NCBI GenBank assembly: GCA_044221725.1
Contig: JBGAON010000004.1
Span: forward strand, 96,001 to 160,000
Source of the DNA: Elusimicrobiota bacterium
Lineage (GTDB): Bacteria > Elusimicrobiota > Elusimicrobia > F11
DNA: 64,000 nucleotides
Reading direction: 5' to 3'
The position numbers and the translations under genes are program-made. The stretch's first letter is position 1. Every line of letters begins with the position of its first letter. Of this stretch, positions 1-10,270 are shown piece after piece. The notes beneath the pieces are model-generated. The model was not told where the DNA came from. It ran no database searches and saw only the letters and a program-made list of their open reading frames with translations.

Positions 1-521
1 CCGGCAATCCAGCGTTTTAGTCCAAACTGCAACACGATCTTTTTTGTGATGTTGATGAGGTGCTCGTTGGGCAACGTGATGATGAGACGCGCGCCCGGTT
101 TGCACACGCGGTGGATTTCTTTAAGCACCGCAGGGACATCCTTTACGTGTTCGAGCACTTCGGAGCACACAACGCGATCGAAGTACTTGTCCGGGAAAGG
201 AATTGTCTCGGCGTTCGCCTTAACGATTTTCACATTGGCTTGATTTTTTAATCGCGCCCGTGCTTGATCGAGCAAATAATCCGACAAATCTATGCCGACG
301 ATCTCGCGAGCATTTATACCCGCCAAGAGATTTCCGGACCCGCAACCAACATCGAGAAGCGTCTCATGGCCAGTCAGTGAGAGTGCTTTGCGCGTTTTTT
401 CCAATCGCAGGCTCTGTACCTTTCTCACGATCCAACCAGTTTGGGTAATGAACTTGTCCGGCTCGTACAGTCGAGCCATCGTGTCATTCCACTGTTCGAT
501 ATCGTGCGGGGGAACGGTCAT
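1..521 (-). CDS. Class I SAM-dependent methyltransferase (3' end runs out of window)
   Basis: Not in ORF track. Manual translation from ATG at 521: MTVPPHDIEQWNDTMARLYEPDKF...LLDVGCGSGNLL...IPFPDKYFDRVVCSEVLEHV...LKEIHRVCKPGARLIITLPN; all type-11 methyltransferase motifs present. Confidence 0.9.
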   Translation of the reverse strand, partial: MTVPPHDIEQWNDTMARLYEPDKFITQTGWIVRKVQSLRLEKTRKALSLTGHETLLDVGCGSGNLLAGINAREIVGIDLSDYLLDQARARLKNQANVKIVKANAETIPFPDKYFDRVVCSEVLEHVKDVPAVLKEIHRVCKPGARLIITLPNEHLINITKKIVLQFGLKRWIA

Positions 522-556
522 TTTTCGGTGAAGATGATAGCTTGAAAAAAGATCGC

Positions 557-2212
557 TTACGAACCGGCCAAAATGCCGGCGAGACGTTCGTGGACCAGAC
601 CGCCGCCCGTTTCCTGTTCGTGTCGTTTAAGTTCATCGGCACAGTCAGTGGACAGAACCTCTTTGTTCTTCAGCATTTGCCGCATCTGGTAAAGGTTATA
701 AGGCCAGAGCCATTTGTATTCGTGCGAAGCAATCACTCGCTCGTTTAATTTGTTTCTCTTCAGAAAAACCAAGCACGAGTCATCCCAAAATACGAGCGCC
801 CAATCCGAGCGCGGAAACATGAAATTGAGTGGATTTAATTCAAGAATTGAACCTGTGCCACGAAAATTAAGATACCGCGAAACCGCATAGTCGGTTGGAT
901 AACGCTTCCAATAAAGCTGCCATCTTTCGCGGATCAACTGCTCGGACGGGGCCGAAAACATTTCGAGCTGCTCCTTGAGAAGAGGCTGAAACAAATAACG
1001 TCCGTCCATAAAAATTTTGTGTTGCGGACCGCGCGCCCATTCAAGATACCCGCCAAATTCATACGCGTTCCATGCATCGCCACTAATATTTTCGTCTTCA
1101 AGGAATCGAACCGCTTCTTTGGGAAAGAATTGCCAAGAAATCTTGGATGGCGGAAGTGGCGCGGATATTTCCGACCAGAATTTCCAAGCGAAACTAAAAA
1201 TGCTCGCGACCGCCGCGATATGAAGGATTTGCCGTCGGCGTAGACCGGTATGTTCGTTTGAAAGGAAGTCCATTAACAACGGCAAAGCTGGAAACAGGAC
1301 GAAAACTGTGTTTCTCGTGTGAACCGACCCCCAAACAGCAAACAACAATGCGGAGGGAATCCAGAAACGAGTTCGTAACGAACCTCGCAGAAGCGACGTG
1401 ACCGCAGCAACAGCGATCAGGAAGAACCAAACCCAGAACATCTTGTTGTGTTCGATGTCGGTCGGATTCCATTCGGCGATACCGGCAATTCCGGTCGGCC
1501 CCATCTGTTTGGTGTGCTCGAGGAAAAAACGGTACAACCCAAGCCCGTTCGGGTTGATTAAGCTGCTGGCCGCAAAAACGATTGCGCAGCGCAGTAACTG
1601 AAGTGAGAAGCGGCGTTCTTCTCGCGCCCAAAGCGCGCCGACACTCGCGCTCAAAAGAAGTCCGAGACCATAGACGAACCCCGGATGGGTATTTGCCCAA
1701 ACCAGCCCAAGGGTGCCGACCACGATTTCGGCTGGCACGCGCCACGCCGCAAAAGCGTTTCTAAGTCGAATGACAACAAGCGTGAGAGATCCAAGGAACA
1801 GAAACGAGAACAATTCTGCGCGCTCGTTCATCCGAGGCGAAATGAGCGCAAACGAAAGCCACAGAAAAAAAATGTTCCACGGCCCCGTTGGAGCGATCTC
1901 ACGAATACATTCGTAGATCACGAGCATAATCACCAAGCCGCCCAGCACTCGACCAAAAAAGAAAAAGTTTACACCGAAGCTTGAGTGCCCAAGGAAAAAT
2001 AGGATGTCCGCCAACCACTCTGCATTAACCCAACGAACTCCGAGCATCGATCGCGAAAAAATGTCCGTACGGAGAAACACATGGCTTTCTACCATCGCGC
2101 GTCCGCTGGCCAAGTGCCACCATAGGTCTGGATCCCGCAACGGCCGTAGGAGCAGCTTTGCGAAAGCAAAAAACGAGATTAAAAGAGCCGCGCGACTAGA
2201 AGTTTTTTCCAC
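557..2212 (-). CDS. Polytopic membrane protein, GT-C-like glycosyltransferase
   Basis: Many TM segments; DPDLWWHLASGR loop after TM1; WANTHPGF; C-terminal soluble domain with FMDGR; directly downstream of a GT2 gene. Confidence 0.65.
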   Translation of the reverse strand: MEKTSSRAALLISFFAFAKLLLRPLRDPDLWWHLASGRAMVESHVFLRTDIFSRSMLGVRWVNAEWLADILFFLGHSSFGVNFFFFGRVLGGLVIMLVIYECIREIAPTGPWNIFFLWLSFALISPRMNERAELFSFLFLGSLTLVVIRLRNAFAAWRVPAEIVVGTLGLVWANTHPGFVYGLGLLLSASVGALWAREERRFSLQLLRCAIVFAASSLINPNGLGLYRFFLEHTKQMGPTGIAGIAEWNPTDIEHNKMFWVWFFLIAVAAVTSLLRGSLRTRFWIPSALLFAVWGSVHTRNTVFVLFPALPLLMDFLSNEHTGLRRRQILHIAAVASIFSFAWKFWSEISAPLPPSKISWQFFPKEAVRFLEDENISGDAWNAYEFGGYLEWARGPQHKIFMDGRYLFQPLLKEQLEMFSAPSEQLIRERWQLYWKRYPTDYAVSRYLNFRGTGSILELNPLNFMFPRSDWALVFWDDSCLVFLKRNKLNERVIASHEYKWLWPYNLYQMRQMLKNKEVLSTDCADELKRHEQETGGGLVHERLAGILAGS

Positions 2213-2945
2213 AACATTGACGTCCGAGTTGACGCCCTACTTTTTTGGAGAACCTCCAAAGAGAATTAAACTGAAGCCAACTGTCCCGTACCAAGCGCAC
2301 GGTTGTCCCCTCTGAAACGTCTCTAACAAAAAGCGTTGGCACCTCAACTATGGAATAGTTTCTCAAATGAGCGTTGGCGATCATTTCTGTGTCCCAAAAC
2401 CAGCCTGGTGACTCAGAGAATTTGGTCAGCTCCAAAGCCACCTCCCGCCGGAAAAATTTGCAACCGCTCTCCGTATCGTGATTGTGTATGCCCAATAACC
2501 GCCGCACGAGCAAGGCGTAACCCAAATGTGTTAATAAGCGGTGAACGATGGAGGGCAGTTCGAGAAGACGTATTTTATACGTACGTTTCGCAACGGCTAT
2601 ATCGTTGCCTTTCAAAAGTTCGGATATCAATGGCACGACGTATCCCGCCGCTGTGGAGGAATCAGCGTCCACATAACCGACGAACCGCCCCGATGTCAAC
2701 GGAATGGCATTCGCGACATTTTTGCCGCGTCCGAGGTTCACTTGGTTGATGAACAATTTGCGGTTGGGCGATGTCTGGGCAAGTCGCTGACAGATTTTGA
2801 CCGTCTCGTCTCGACTGGCATCGTCCGTCAGTATTATTTCCCACGTCCAATTGGTGTGCGTTAGGATCTCTTCAAAATCCCGAACCCGCTTTTCGATAAG
2901 ATGAGCGCTATTGTAACACGGAATTATTACGGAGACGTCGATCAT
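2196..2945 (-). CDS. GT2 glycosyltransferase, polyprenol-phosphate sugar synthase (DPM/DPG-like)
   Basis: SVIIPCYN, DDASRDET, NLGRGK, YVDAD, DTESGCKFF, WFWDTE motifs. Confidence 0.88.
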   Translation of the reverse strand: MIDVSVIIPCYNSAHLIEKRVRDFEEILTHTNWTWEIILTDDASRDETVKICQRLAQTSPNRKLFINQVNLGRGKNVANAIPLTSGRFVGYVDADSSTAAGYVVPLISELLKGNDIAVAKRTYKIRLLELPSIVHRLLTHLGYALLVRRLLGIHNHDTESGCKFFRREVALELTKFSESPGWFWDTEMIANAHLRNYSIVEVPTLFVRDVSEGTTVRLVRDSWLQFNSLWRFSKKVGRQLGRQCCGKNF

Positions 2946-3541
2946 GGTCGTTCGTAAACACCAATTAGATTCGAGCCGACTCTTGCTACTCGCCGGAAAT
3001 TTTTGGAACGAAAAAATTCTCGTAACGAATCTTCGTTGTAGCGATGAGGAAATAACTTCCCGTCGATGCGGGTAGCCCAGGCCGTGAATTTTCTCACGGC
3101 CGTGTGACGTGAATGGGAAACATTCTCAATCGATTCGGAAATAATCACCTTGCGAAAGCTCCCGGCCATCATTTTTTCAATGATCGCGCTTGGATCGGGC
3201 AGAAAGTGATAAAGGCTTTCGACCATGACACATGTGTCGGCGGCGGGCCATTTCATCTCCAATACGTTTCCGTGCGTAACGTTGAACCCCTTTCGGTTAA
3301 GTGAATCGACGAAAATGGGATTCGCATCAATACCTGTGTATTTGGATTTATTGATTTTTCGTGCAAGCGCGCCGCTTCCGCAGCACAATTCGAGGACCGA
3401 TGTATGACCAATTTCGTGAACGACCGCATTAAACATTTCAGATCGTCCCATGGGACGCAAAATAGCCATGGTGAGCCAATACGAAAAGGGGCCCCAGTAA
3501 ACAGGCCCCCAACCCGTTAAATCATTTCGGCTTTCGGACAT
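2942..3541 (-). CDS. Class I SAM-dependent methyltransferase
   Basis: VLELCCGSG motif I, GIDAN, ESLYHF; start trimmed to MSESRN (ATG 3541). Confidence 0.8.
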   Translation of the reverse strand: MSESRNDLTGWGPVYWGPFSYWLTMAILRPMGRSEMFNAVVHEIGHTSVLELCCGSGALARKINKSKYTGIDANPIFVDSLNRKGFNVTHGNVLEMKWPAADTCVMVESLYHFLPDPSAIIEKMMAGSFRKVIISESIENVSHSRHTAVRKFTAWATRIDGKLFPHRYNEDSLREFFRSKNFRRVARVGSNLIGVYERP

Positions 3542-4205
3542 GCCAAATGTGTACCGCATTAAGAGATGTGGGCAATAGAGGTCGTGTCGCAATGATCCCT
3601 TTCACCAAAAAGCGTGGAAGGTGTGCGATAAGATAAGGACTAATGGGAAACAAAGAATGTACGCTTTCAGCACGAAGGCCGCTTTGTTTGACCCACGACT
3701 CTACCGTCCTGCGAGAAGAAGTAAAGTTCTTCCCACCCCATCGCTTCGAATCAAAAATTAAAAAGCTCCAGTGCATCATGTCAAACAGCGCGTGTCCGCC
3801 AGGTTTGAGAATCCGGTGGATTTCATTGAACAGAGGCCGTAGATCGTGGTAATGGTTCGTAAAGCGAAAACAATAAATGCCATCGAAACTTTGCGACGCC
3901 ACCGGCGCTTTGAACGCGTCGCCTTCGACAACATAAGGTTCATTTGCCAATCCGCCTGCTTGTAGCATCGCCTTCGATTGCTCAAGACCATGCACATTTC
4001 GCCCTTCCCGTCGAAGGTCTTTTAACAATCGCCCCGTTCCACAGGCGATTTCGAGAATCTTTTCCGATCCGTCAAATGCCTGGCGAACGGCGCTTAACTC
4101 GATCTCATGTGCAAATTTTCCTGACCGCGAAGCGAATCGAACTTCGTCATAGGCGTTTGCCACTTGGGAACTTTGATAATAGAGTCTTTTATCCATAGAT
4201 GGCAC
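3522..4205 (-). CDS. Class I SAM-dependent methyltransferase
   Basis: ILEIACGTG, GLEQSKAML, SFDGIYC, EIHRILKPGG. Confidence 0.9.
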   Translation of the reverse strand: MPSMDKRLYYQSSQVANAYDEVRFASRSGKFAHEIELSAVRQAFDGSEKILEIACGTGRLLKDLRREGRNVHGLEQSKAMLQAGGLANEPYVVEGDAFKAPVASQSFDGIYCFRFTNHYHDLRPLFNEIHRILKPGGHALFDMMHWSFLIFDSKRWGGKNFTSSRRTVESWVKQSGLRAESVHSLFPISPYLIAHLPRFLVKGIIATRPLLPTSLNAVHIWHVRKPK

Positions 4206-5307
4206 CTATGTCTATTTTCTCCGTCCAGTGGCCATACGTATTCCTTTGTCGCGCTCTGAAATCGCTTTGATCATTGAGTCGCAGAACTTGTTTTAAAGCG
4301 ACGGCCAGATCGCGCGGATCGCGTGGCTTCACGAGAAATGCGGTATCTCGATTGGACGCATAATCTTGAACACACGGAAAATTGGAAACGATTACTGGAA
4401 TCCCCGACCGAAACGCTTCGAACAGGAGCAAGGGCGGCGCCATTTGCCCGAACGAGATTGAAAATGGCAATACGATCGCTACCGCCGAGCGAAAGATTGT
4501 CTCACGATGAAGCGGATCGCTTGTCAGTATGAGGCGGTTGTCTAGACCCATGCGGCGAATTTGAGATTCAACGTGCGCTCGGTTTCCAATGCCGCTCCAG
4601 GCGAGCAACAATTGTGCGTCGTAGTCGGTTAACGTTGAAAATGCCGTAAGCAGAGTTTCCACGCCCTTGTTCGGTAAGAAATGGCCCATGAAAAGAAAGG
4701 TTGGCCGATTTTTGATTCGTTCAGCAAGGGCCTTCGATAAATCATCGGGACCCTGTTCTGTCGGTAAAATCGGATATGAAAAATGGGTTTTGTGTGCCGG
4801 GCAACCTTGTTCTCGAAATCGCTCGAGAAGTTGTGAGGAGTGAGCAATGTATGCGTCCGCTGCGAATTTCGCCGGTGGTGAGATCGCCATCGCTGCGTAT
4901 CGAACCGCGTAAAAACGAAACATGTTGAGAAAATTTGAAAAATCCCACACGTCGGACATCCTTGGGTTTTCTCCAATGCACGTTACAACCACCCGTTTTT
5001 TCACGACGCGTTTAATTCTATCCGCGATCCAAAAGAAACTCGCCGAAGGAAGGAAAAGATGCAGACAGTCCACCTGGTGTCCCAACTCAACCGAGCGCTG
5101 GATAAATGTGTATTGCTCGCGCCATTTTCGGAAAAGCGATTCTCCAGTCGCGTGAAACCGAAGCGGTGTTGAGCGCAAGTCGCCTTGTGGCGTGAATCGG
5201 ATGACGTTATGTCCGAGCTTTGAGATGGCAGTCGTCCAACCGATGAACGATTGATATTCGCCGCTTAGCTCAAACTCGTCGTGAAATAATCCGCAAGCGA
5301 TTTTCAA
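4189..5307 (-). CDS. GT4 (GT-B) glycosyltransferase
   Basis: FLFMGHFLPNKGVETLL, LLFEAFRSGIPVIVS, LVKPRDPRDLA. Confidence 0.85.
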   Translation of the reverse strand: MKIACGLFHDEFELSGEYQSFIGWTTAISKLGHNVIRFTPQGDLRSTPLRFHATGESLFRKWREQYTFIQRSVELGHQVDCLHLFLPSASFFWIADRIKRVVKKRVVVTCIGENPRMSDVWDFSNFLNMFRFYAVRYAAMAISPPAKFAADAYIAHSSQLLERFREQGCPAHKTHFSYPILPTEQGPDDLSKALAERIKNRPTFLFMGHFLPNKGVETLLTAFSTLTDYDAQLLLAWSGIGNRAHVESQIRRMGLDNRLILTSDPLHRETIFRSAVAIVLPFSISFGQMAPPLLLFEAFRSGIPVIVSNFPCVQDYASNRDTAFLVKPRDPRDLAVALKQVLRLNDQSDFRARQRNTYGHWTEKIDIGAIYG

Positions 5308-7232
5308 TGTTTCGTCTTAATTTCCATTAAACCAAGGTTTTTGTTCTGCCATATCACCGTGTAGTTTGTTTCAAGAAAATCCGCAATCGGTTTCAAATCG
5401 TATCGATAAACCAAGGCGTCATTTTTTAATTCGACGAGCGCCAACACCGGCTTTCGAATGGTCAGATCGGAAAGACATTCGTTCATCATACTGGCTCCGT
5501 GAACGTAATTGATCAGACCGAAGCGAGTAGCGGAACGCCGATCGGATAAAAAGTAGTAACCGCCGTAGTTCGTAAAATCAAAATAGTGGCCGTTTTCCGG
5601 AATCCGTTTTTGCAGTTCAAGGACAACGCTCTCGACTTGTTTCACATTGTCCGTCGGAATTCGGGCCTTCCCCATGCGGGGTAACTGCGAGATGCTTCCA
5701 TCTCCGGAGGTCTGAGACGCGTATAAAAGATTCGTGAGGCCTGTTGCAACGAGATTGGGAAGAGAGCGCCCCCACATCAATGTTGATCCGAGCGGGAGCA
5801 CAATGCATGTTGCAAGCAAGGGAGATATGCCCGTCGATACGCGAACTTTTGTGGCGTCGGTAACCCAGTCCAATGCAATTTCACAAACGAACATTATTAG
5901 TGGCCATGTCAAGATGGACGAGTTTTTCCAATGGATGAAGTCGGTCCTTCCCAAATAAATAAAGAATTGAAAAAACAACACACACGCGAGCGCCAAGGCT
6001 GCTCGTGATCGTGGAAATTGATAGGTAGCACACAAAGACATCGTAAAAATACTAAGCAAAAGAGGAATGTTGATTTTTAAATACGCTGTTGTGGAACTTT
6101 CCGTCTGAAAGAACCGGTATTGAAAAACGTGACTGCGCAGGCCGTCGGCCCATGTTGGGAGGCGCTGGGTCAACATAGACCCAATATCACGGAAAAAATA
6201 ATTGAACGCGTTCACATGCCAGAGATACAGAACGAGCAAAAGAAATGAAAAGGAATATCCGATGAGGAATGACGAAAAAGATCGGTTCACAAAGTTCTTC
6301 TCATCCAAGATGAAGGACGCTCCGAAGAAAAGTGCCAGTCCCGCGATCAAAGTAACACCAATTTCGAAACTGTAGAGCGCGGATAACGCGGCAACGATTC
6401 CGGCCAGTCCATACAACAAGCGATTCTCCTGGCGTGTGCTCGCGCAAAACAAAGCCATCGTGAGAAGAGGAAAGAGTGTTCGTTCGGGAAAAAAGAGATC
6501 CGGTCGCAGTGCCAATATAATTCCAAAAAATATTTTTAACGAGGTCCGCCGCACAACAAGCAGCATCAGCGAGAACAACAGCACACTGGCCATGCCGACG
6601 ATCCAAGCGGTCAGCGCTTGATCCGCCGCGTAAGTTGTGCCCCACATCTTAAACGCGATCCACGGTCGTACGACGTCCTGGAGGATTCCGTAGTGGATGA
6701 AAAAATCTTTATACGGAATGGCACCGTGAAGGTATTCGTTTATGGCTGACAGCCGAGGGCCATACTCGTAGAGATCGAAGACCCATACGCCTGTTCGTTT
6801 AAAAGCGTGCAACGCGGTCAATACCGCAAGAGCACCAAGAAGAGAATTAACAAAGAACCTTGCGGTTTTTGTTTCCGCGGCACCGTTTGAATGAGCACGG
6901 GATAAGAACGTGACGACGATCGCCCAAACAACGAACTGGACCACGCCGAAAAAGTGAATTACGACCAACGTTGAAAGAATGGTAACGATATTGAAAGTCA
7001 ATCGAACTCCGGAAGAATCGATGTCCGGTGAATATCGAAGGACAACCGGAATTGCGAGCGCCCAGCAAACGACGAAATATTGCCATTGTTTTTGATTTGC
7101 CCGTGCGGACAAATCCGATAAGCCGATCGGGAACAGCTTATCCAATACGATGGTGGCAGAAAAATGCCAAACGGCAGCCAAAGCCAGGAAGGCCAAAAGA
7201 AAAAAGGGGATGTTGATGGCCTTTTTCGCCAT
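5304..7232 (-). CDS. Polytopic membrane protein, GT-C-like
   Basis: Start trimmed to MAKKAINIP (7232), just after the wecE stop; DLYEYG...GAIPYKDFFIHYG loop; many TM helices and a C-terminal soluble domain. Confidence 0.6.
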   Translation of the reverse strand: MAKKAINIPFFLLAFLALAAVWHFSATIVLDKLFPIGLSDLSARANQKQWQYFVVCWALAIPVVLRYSPDIDSSGVRLTFNIVTILSTLVVIHFFGVVQFVVWAIVVTFLSRAHSNGAAETKTARFFVNSLLGALAVLTALHAFKRTGVWVFDLYEYGPRLSAINEYLHGAIPYKDFFIHYGILQDVVRPWIAFKMWGTTYAADQALTAWIVGMASVLLFSLMLLVVRRTSLKIFFGIILALRPDLFFPERTLFPLLTMALFCASTRQENRLLYGLAGIVAALSALYSFEIGVTLIAGLALFFGASFILDEKNFVNRSFSSFLIGYSFSFLLLVLYLWHVNAFNYFFRDIGSMLTQRLPTWADGLRSHVFQYRFFQTESSTTAYLKINIPLLLSIFTMSLCATYQFPRSRAALALACVLFFQFFIYLGRTDFIHWKNSSILTWPLIMFVCEIALDWVTDATKVRVSTGISPLLATCIVLPLGSTLMWGRSLPNLVATGLTNLLYASQTSGDGSISQLPRMGKARIPTDNVKQVESVVLELQKRIPENGHYFDFTNYGGYYFLSDRRSATRFGLINYVHGASMMNECLSDLTIRKPVLALVELKNDALVYRYDLKPIADFLETNYTVIWQNKNLGLMEIKTKH

Positions 7233-7233
7233 T

Positions 7234-8367
7234 TTATTTCCTGAGATTTTGAGCCAACGACTCGATGACGAAGCGCTGTTCCGGCCAGCCAAGATAGTTG
7301 TGCAGCGGCAAGCGCAACAAGCATGAACTGATGCGTTCCGTGACCGGTAGCATTCCGACTTTGTAACCGAAACGGCGCCCCATCTTGGACAAATGCAGAG
7401 GAAAATAATGAAAGATCGCGTGGATTCCTTTTTTTTGCAGGTCACGAATAGCTGACTGACGTTTGTGCTCGCTTGGAAACACAATTGCGAAAAGATGGAA
7501 AGAGGATCGACAATGTGGTGGTATCTTCTGTAGCGAAATGACGCCGCTTTTCTCAAAAAGTCGCAGGTTTCGGTCGTATTGATTCCAAATGGCTTTTCGC
7601 ATTCTCCAGATGGCATTCTTCTTTTCAAGTTGGGCCGCTAGGTAGGCGGTTTGAAGTTCCGAAGGTACGAAGGACGACCCGATGTCCACCCAGGAGTACT
7701 TATCAACTTCTCCACGGTAAAACGCCGCACGGTTTGTCCCTTTTTGGCGGATAATTTCAGCGCGCCGGACAAATTGTTCTTTGTTAATAATAATCGCGCC
7801 GCCTTCTCCACAAACGACGTTCTTTGTTTCATGGAAGCTAACAGCGGAAAATTCCCCGAACGTTCCGACGGGTCGCCTGTGGTATTCGGAAAGAAACGCT
7901 TGCGCCGCATCCTCGATCAAAAATAATTTGTGTTTGCGCGCCAACCGAACAATCTCTCGCATTTCACATGGCACGCCGCCATAGTGCACCACACAAATGG
8001 CCCGCGTTCTTTTCGTGATGGCCGCTTCGATCTTTGTTTCATCAATATTAAACGTGTCGGAGCGGATATCGACAAACTTTGGTATCGCGCCCCGCAAGAC
8101 AAATGCATTTACCGTCGATGGAAATGTAAACGATGGGACAATAACTTCGTCTCCGGATTTAATATCGGCGAGAAGCGCCGCCAATTCCAACGCATGGGTG
8201 CACGACGACGTTAAAAGAACCTGCGATGGCCGATAGGTTCGTTGAAGAAGTTTGGTGGCGTATTTTGTAAACGGTCCGTCACCCGACAGGTGACAGTTCG
8301 CGATCGACTTCTTGATGTAGCGAAGTTCATTTCCGATGAGATTGACGCTATTAAACGAGACAATCAC
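7234..8367 (-). CDS. wecE: dTDP-4-amino-4,6-dideoxy-sugar aminotransferase (DegT/DnrJ family)
   Basis: SGDGPFT, TSSCTHALELAA, VHYGG, EDAAQA, SFHETKNVVCGEGG (PLP Lys), KGTNRAAFYRGEVDKYSWVDIGSS, characteristic of RffA/WecE. Confidence 0.9.
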   Translation of the reverse strand: MIVSFNSVNLIGNELRYIKKSIANCHLSGDGPFTKYATKLLQRTYRPSQVLLTSSCTHALELAALLADIKSGDEVIVPSFTFPSTVNAFVLRGAIPKFVDIRSDTFNIDETKIEAAITKRTRAICVVHYGGVPCEMREIVRLARKHKLFLIEDAAQAFLSEYHRRPVGTFGEFSAVSFHETKNVVCGEGGAIIINKEQFVRRAEIIRQKGTNRAAFYRGEVDKYSWVDIGSSFVPSELQTAYLAAQLEKKNAIWRMRKAIWNQYDRNLRLFEKSGVISLQKIPPHCRSSFHLFAIVFPSEHKRQSAIRDLQKKGIHAIFHYFPLHLSKMGRRFGYKVGMLPVTERISSCLLRLPLHNYLGWPEQRFVIESLAQNLRK

Positions 8368-8465
8368 GTGGGATTTGTACCATAAATCAAGCTTTTATGA
8401 CGTGTGTGCAATCTGGAGAGATTGTCTTCATTTCCATTATTTCTTTCTAAAACTACAATGCGCTT

Positions 8466-10148
8466 GTGGACGACGAGAATTCAACAGCGCTCGCTTCTCA
8501 TCGGAAGTCAATTTCGTGGGATGCTTTAGCGGTCTGTATCGGAATTGTTTTTGCGGGCCTGCTGATAACAACAGCCCGCCGAACATCGCTTGTCTATGAC
8601 GAGGTCATTTACGCGCCCGCCGGTGTGATGATTTGGGAAACCGGTGATTACCGGTGGAATATCGAACACCCGCCTTTGCAAAAATTGATCGCTGCGCTTC
8701 CACTTCTCGCTCGGAGGATTTCTATTCCTAACGACTTAAATCCGTCGCAAACGGACGCGTGGCATATGGGATACCGAGTTTTTTTCTCCAGTGAGGGGCC
8801 GGCCACGCGATTAATTAATTTGGCGCGCGCGCCCACAACATTTCTTTCTCTAATGCTCGGCGGCTTGCTCTTTATGACCGTTCGGAAAGCGATCGGAGCC
8901 GAAGCAGCAACGGCATCGCTTTGCATGTTCGCGTTTGATCCGCTTGTTCTCAGCAATGGCGCGCTCGCCATGAACGATATGTTTGTTACTTTTTTCTTGT
9001 TTGCGTCCGTCTTGGCGCTAAACGTCTCGACGGATCGCTTGGCGCTGCCGGCCGTCATCGCGAGTGCATTTCTGGCAGGCTGGGCCATCGCCTCAAAATT
9101 TTCCGGTGTGCTGATTTTGCCGATCCTAATCTTTTTATCGTGGCTGCGCAGATCCAGTTTCCGAACATGGCTCACACACGCTCTTGCACAGGTCATTATC
9201 GCATTCGTTGTTCTTCTGATCTGTTATCGTTTTAAGCTCTCCGTGATTTTGGAAGCGTTTCAAAAAGGTTTTGCGTTTCACAAAGGCGATAACGGGATGG
9301 GATATCTCCTTGGCCCCGTCTCGGGTGCGGTTGGCTGGTACTATTATCCGGTCGCTTTTCTCATCAAAACTCCGATTCCGCTGCTCTGTCTGTGGCTCGG
9401 TGGGATAATTTTTCTATTGCGGTCCAAGTCCCGGAAAGACTGGATTTTTTTCCCGATTGCGATTTTCTGGCTCGCTGTAGTTACGAGTCATAATCATTTC
9501 GGTTTGAGATATCTGTTGCCAGCCACTCCCTTCCTGGCCGTGGCAGCCGGCTTCCTGTTTGAAAAAAATCGCCCTGCCCTGGAGCGGCGGTTCTGTTGGG
9601 CACTGGTCGTATGGCTTGCAGCCGAAGCACTGATAAGTCACCCGTATCACATGGCGTATTTCAACGAGTTCGTCGGCGGTTCGGAGAATGGCTACAAGTG
9701 GCTCGATGGTTCGAATCAGGACTGGGGACAAGATTTACCGTCGCTCGTCGAGCTCATACGAAAACAGTCAACCCAACCCACCGTGTGTATGGGTTACTGG
9801 GGTTCAAACAGACCGGAGGCCTGGGGATTGGAATATCAGGACGTTTTGTCTCCGGCGATCACGAACAGCTTTCGTCGCGACACGGTCAATCCGGTCGAAA
9901 CGCCGAGCGAATGGCTCGTTGTGAGTGCGGAGCTTGTTCACAATCCCGCGACACGCGAGGTTTATGGTTGGTTGCGCACGAAAACGCCGATTCATTTTGT
10001 CGGATCAACACTTTTTGTTTACGACATCACGAGAGACCTTGAGTCGGTGCGGAAACTGGGTTCTATTTACGAACGGATGGGAAGAACAACATTATTCGAA
10101 CGGCAACTGGCACGAGAAAGACTTATTCAGGCGTACGAACGACCCTAA
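8466..10148 (+). CDS. ArnT/PMT-like (GT39/GT83) membrane glycosyltransferase
   Basis: VYDE loop, NIEHPPLQK, AKFSG-like SKFSG, WYYYP..FLIKTP, GLRYLLP, DWGQDL. Confidence 0.8.
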   Translation: MDDENSTALASHRKSISWDALAVCIGIVFAGLLITTARRTSLVYDEVIYAPAGVMIWETGDYRWNIEHPPLQKLIAALPLLARRISIPNDLNPSQTDAWHMGYRVFFSSEGPATRLINLARAPTTFLSLMLGGLLFMTVRKAIGAEAATASLCMFAFDPLVLSNGALAMNDMFVTFFLFASVLALNVSTDRLALPAVIASAFLAGWAIASKFSGVLILPILIFLSWLRRSSFRTWLTHALAQVIIAFVVLLICYRFKLSVILEAFQKGFAFHKGDNGMGYLLGPVSGAVGWYYYPVAFLIKTPIPLLCLWLGGIIFLLRSKSRKDWIFFPIAIFWLAVVTSHNHFGLRYLLPATPFLAVAAGFLFEKNRPALERRFCWALVVWLAAEALISHPYHMAYFNEFVGGSENGYKWLDGSNQDWGQDLPSLVELIRKQSTQPTVCMGYWGSNRPEAWGLEYQDVLSPAITNSFRRDTVNPVETPSEWLVVSAELVHNPATREVYGWLRTKTPIHFVGSTLFVYDITRDLESVRKLGSIYERMGRTTLFERQLARERLIQAYERP

Positions 10149-10153
10149 TAAAT

Positions 10154-10227
10154 CGGCCCCAACGGGATTCGAACCCGTGATCTCTGCCTTGAGAGGGCAG
10201 CGTCCTAGGCCGCTAGACGATGGGGCC
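10154..10227 (-). tRNA. tRNA-Glu (anticodon CTC), CCA not encoded
   Basis: Reverse complement GGCCCCATCGTCTAGCGGCCTAGGACGCTGCCCTCTCAAGGCAGAGATCACGGGTTCGAATCCCGTTGGGGCCG: 7-bp acceptor stem, anticodon arm CTGCC-CTCTCAA-GGCAG, T-loop GTTCGAATC. Confidence 0.96.
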
Positions 10228-10242
10228 AATACGCAACGGCGA

Positions 10243-10255
10243 GGGCGGAATTATA
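10243..10255 (-). promoter_or_regulatory. Probable -10 box of the tRNA promoter with GC-rich discriminator
   Basis: Minus strand TATAAT (10255-10250) followed by TCCGCCC, about 22 nt upstream of the tRNA; no good -35 at 17 bp. Confidence 0.55.
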
Positions 10256-10270
10256 CGCTATATGATTGGA

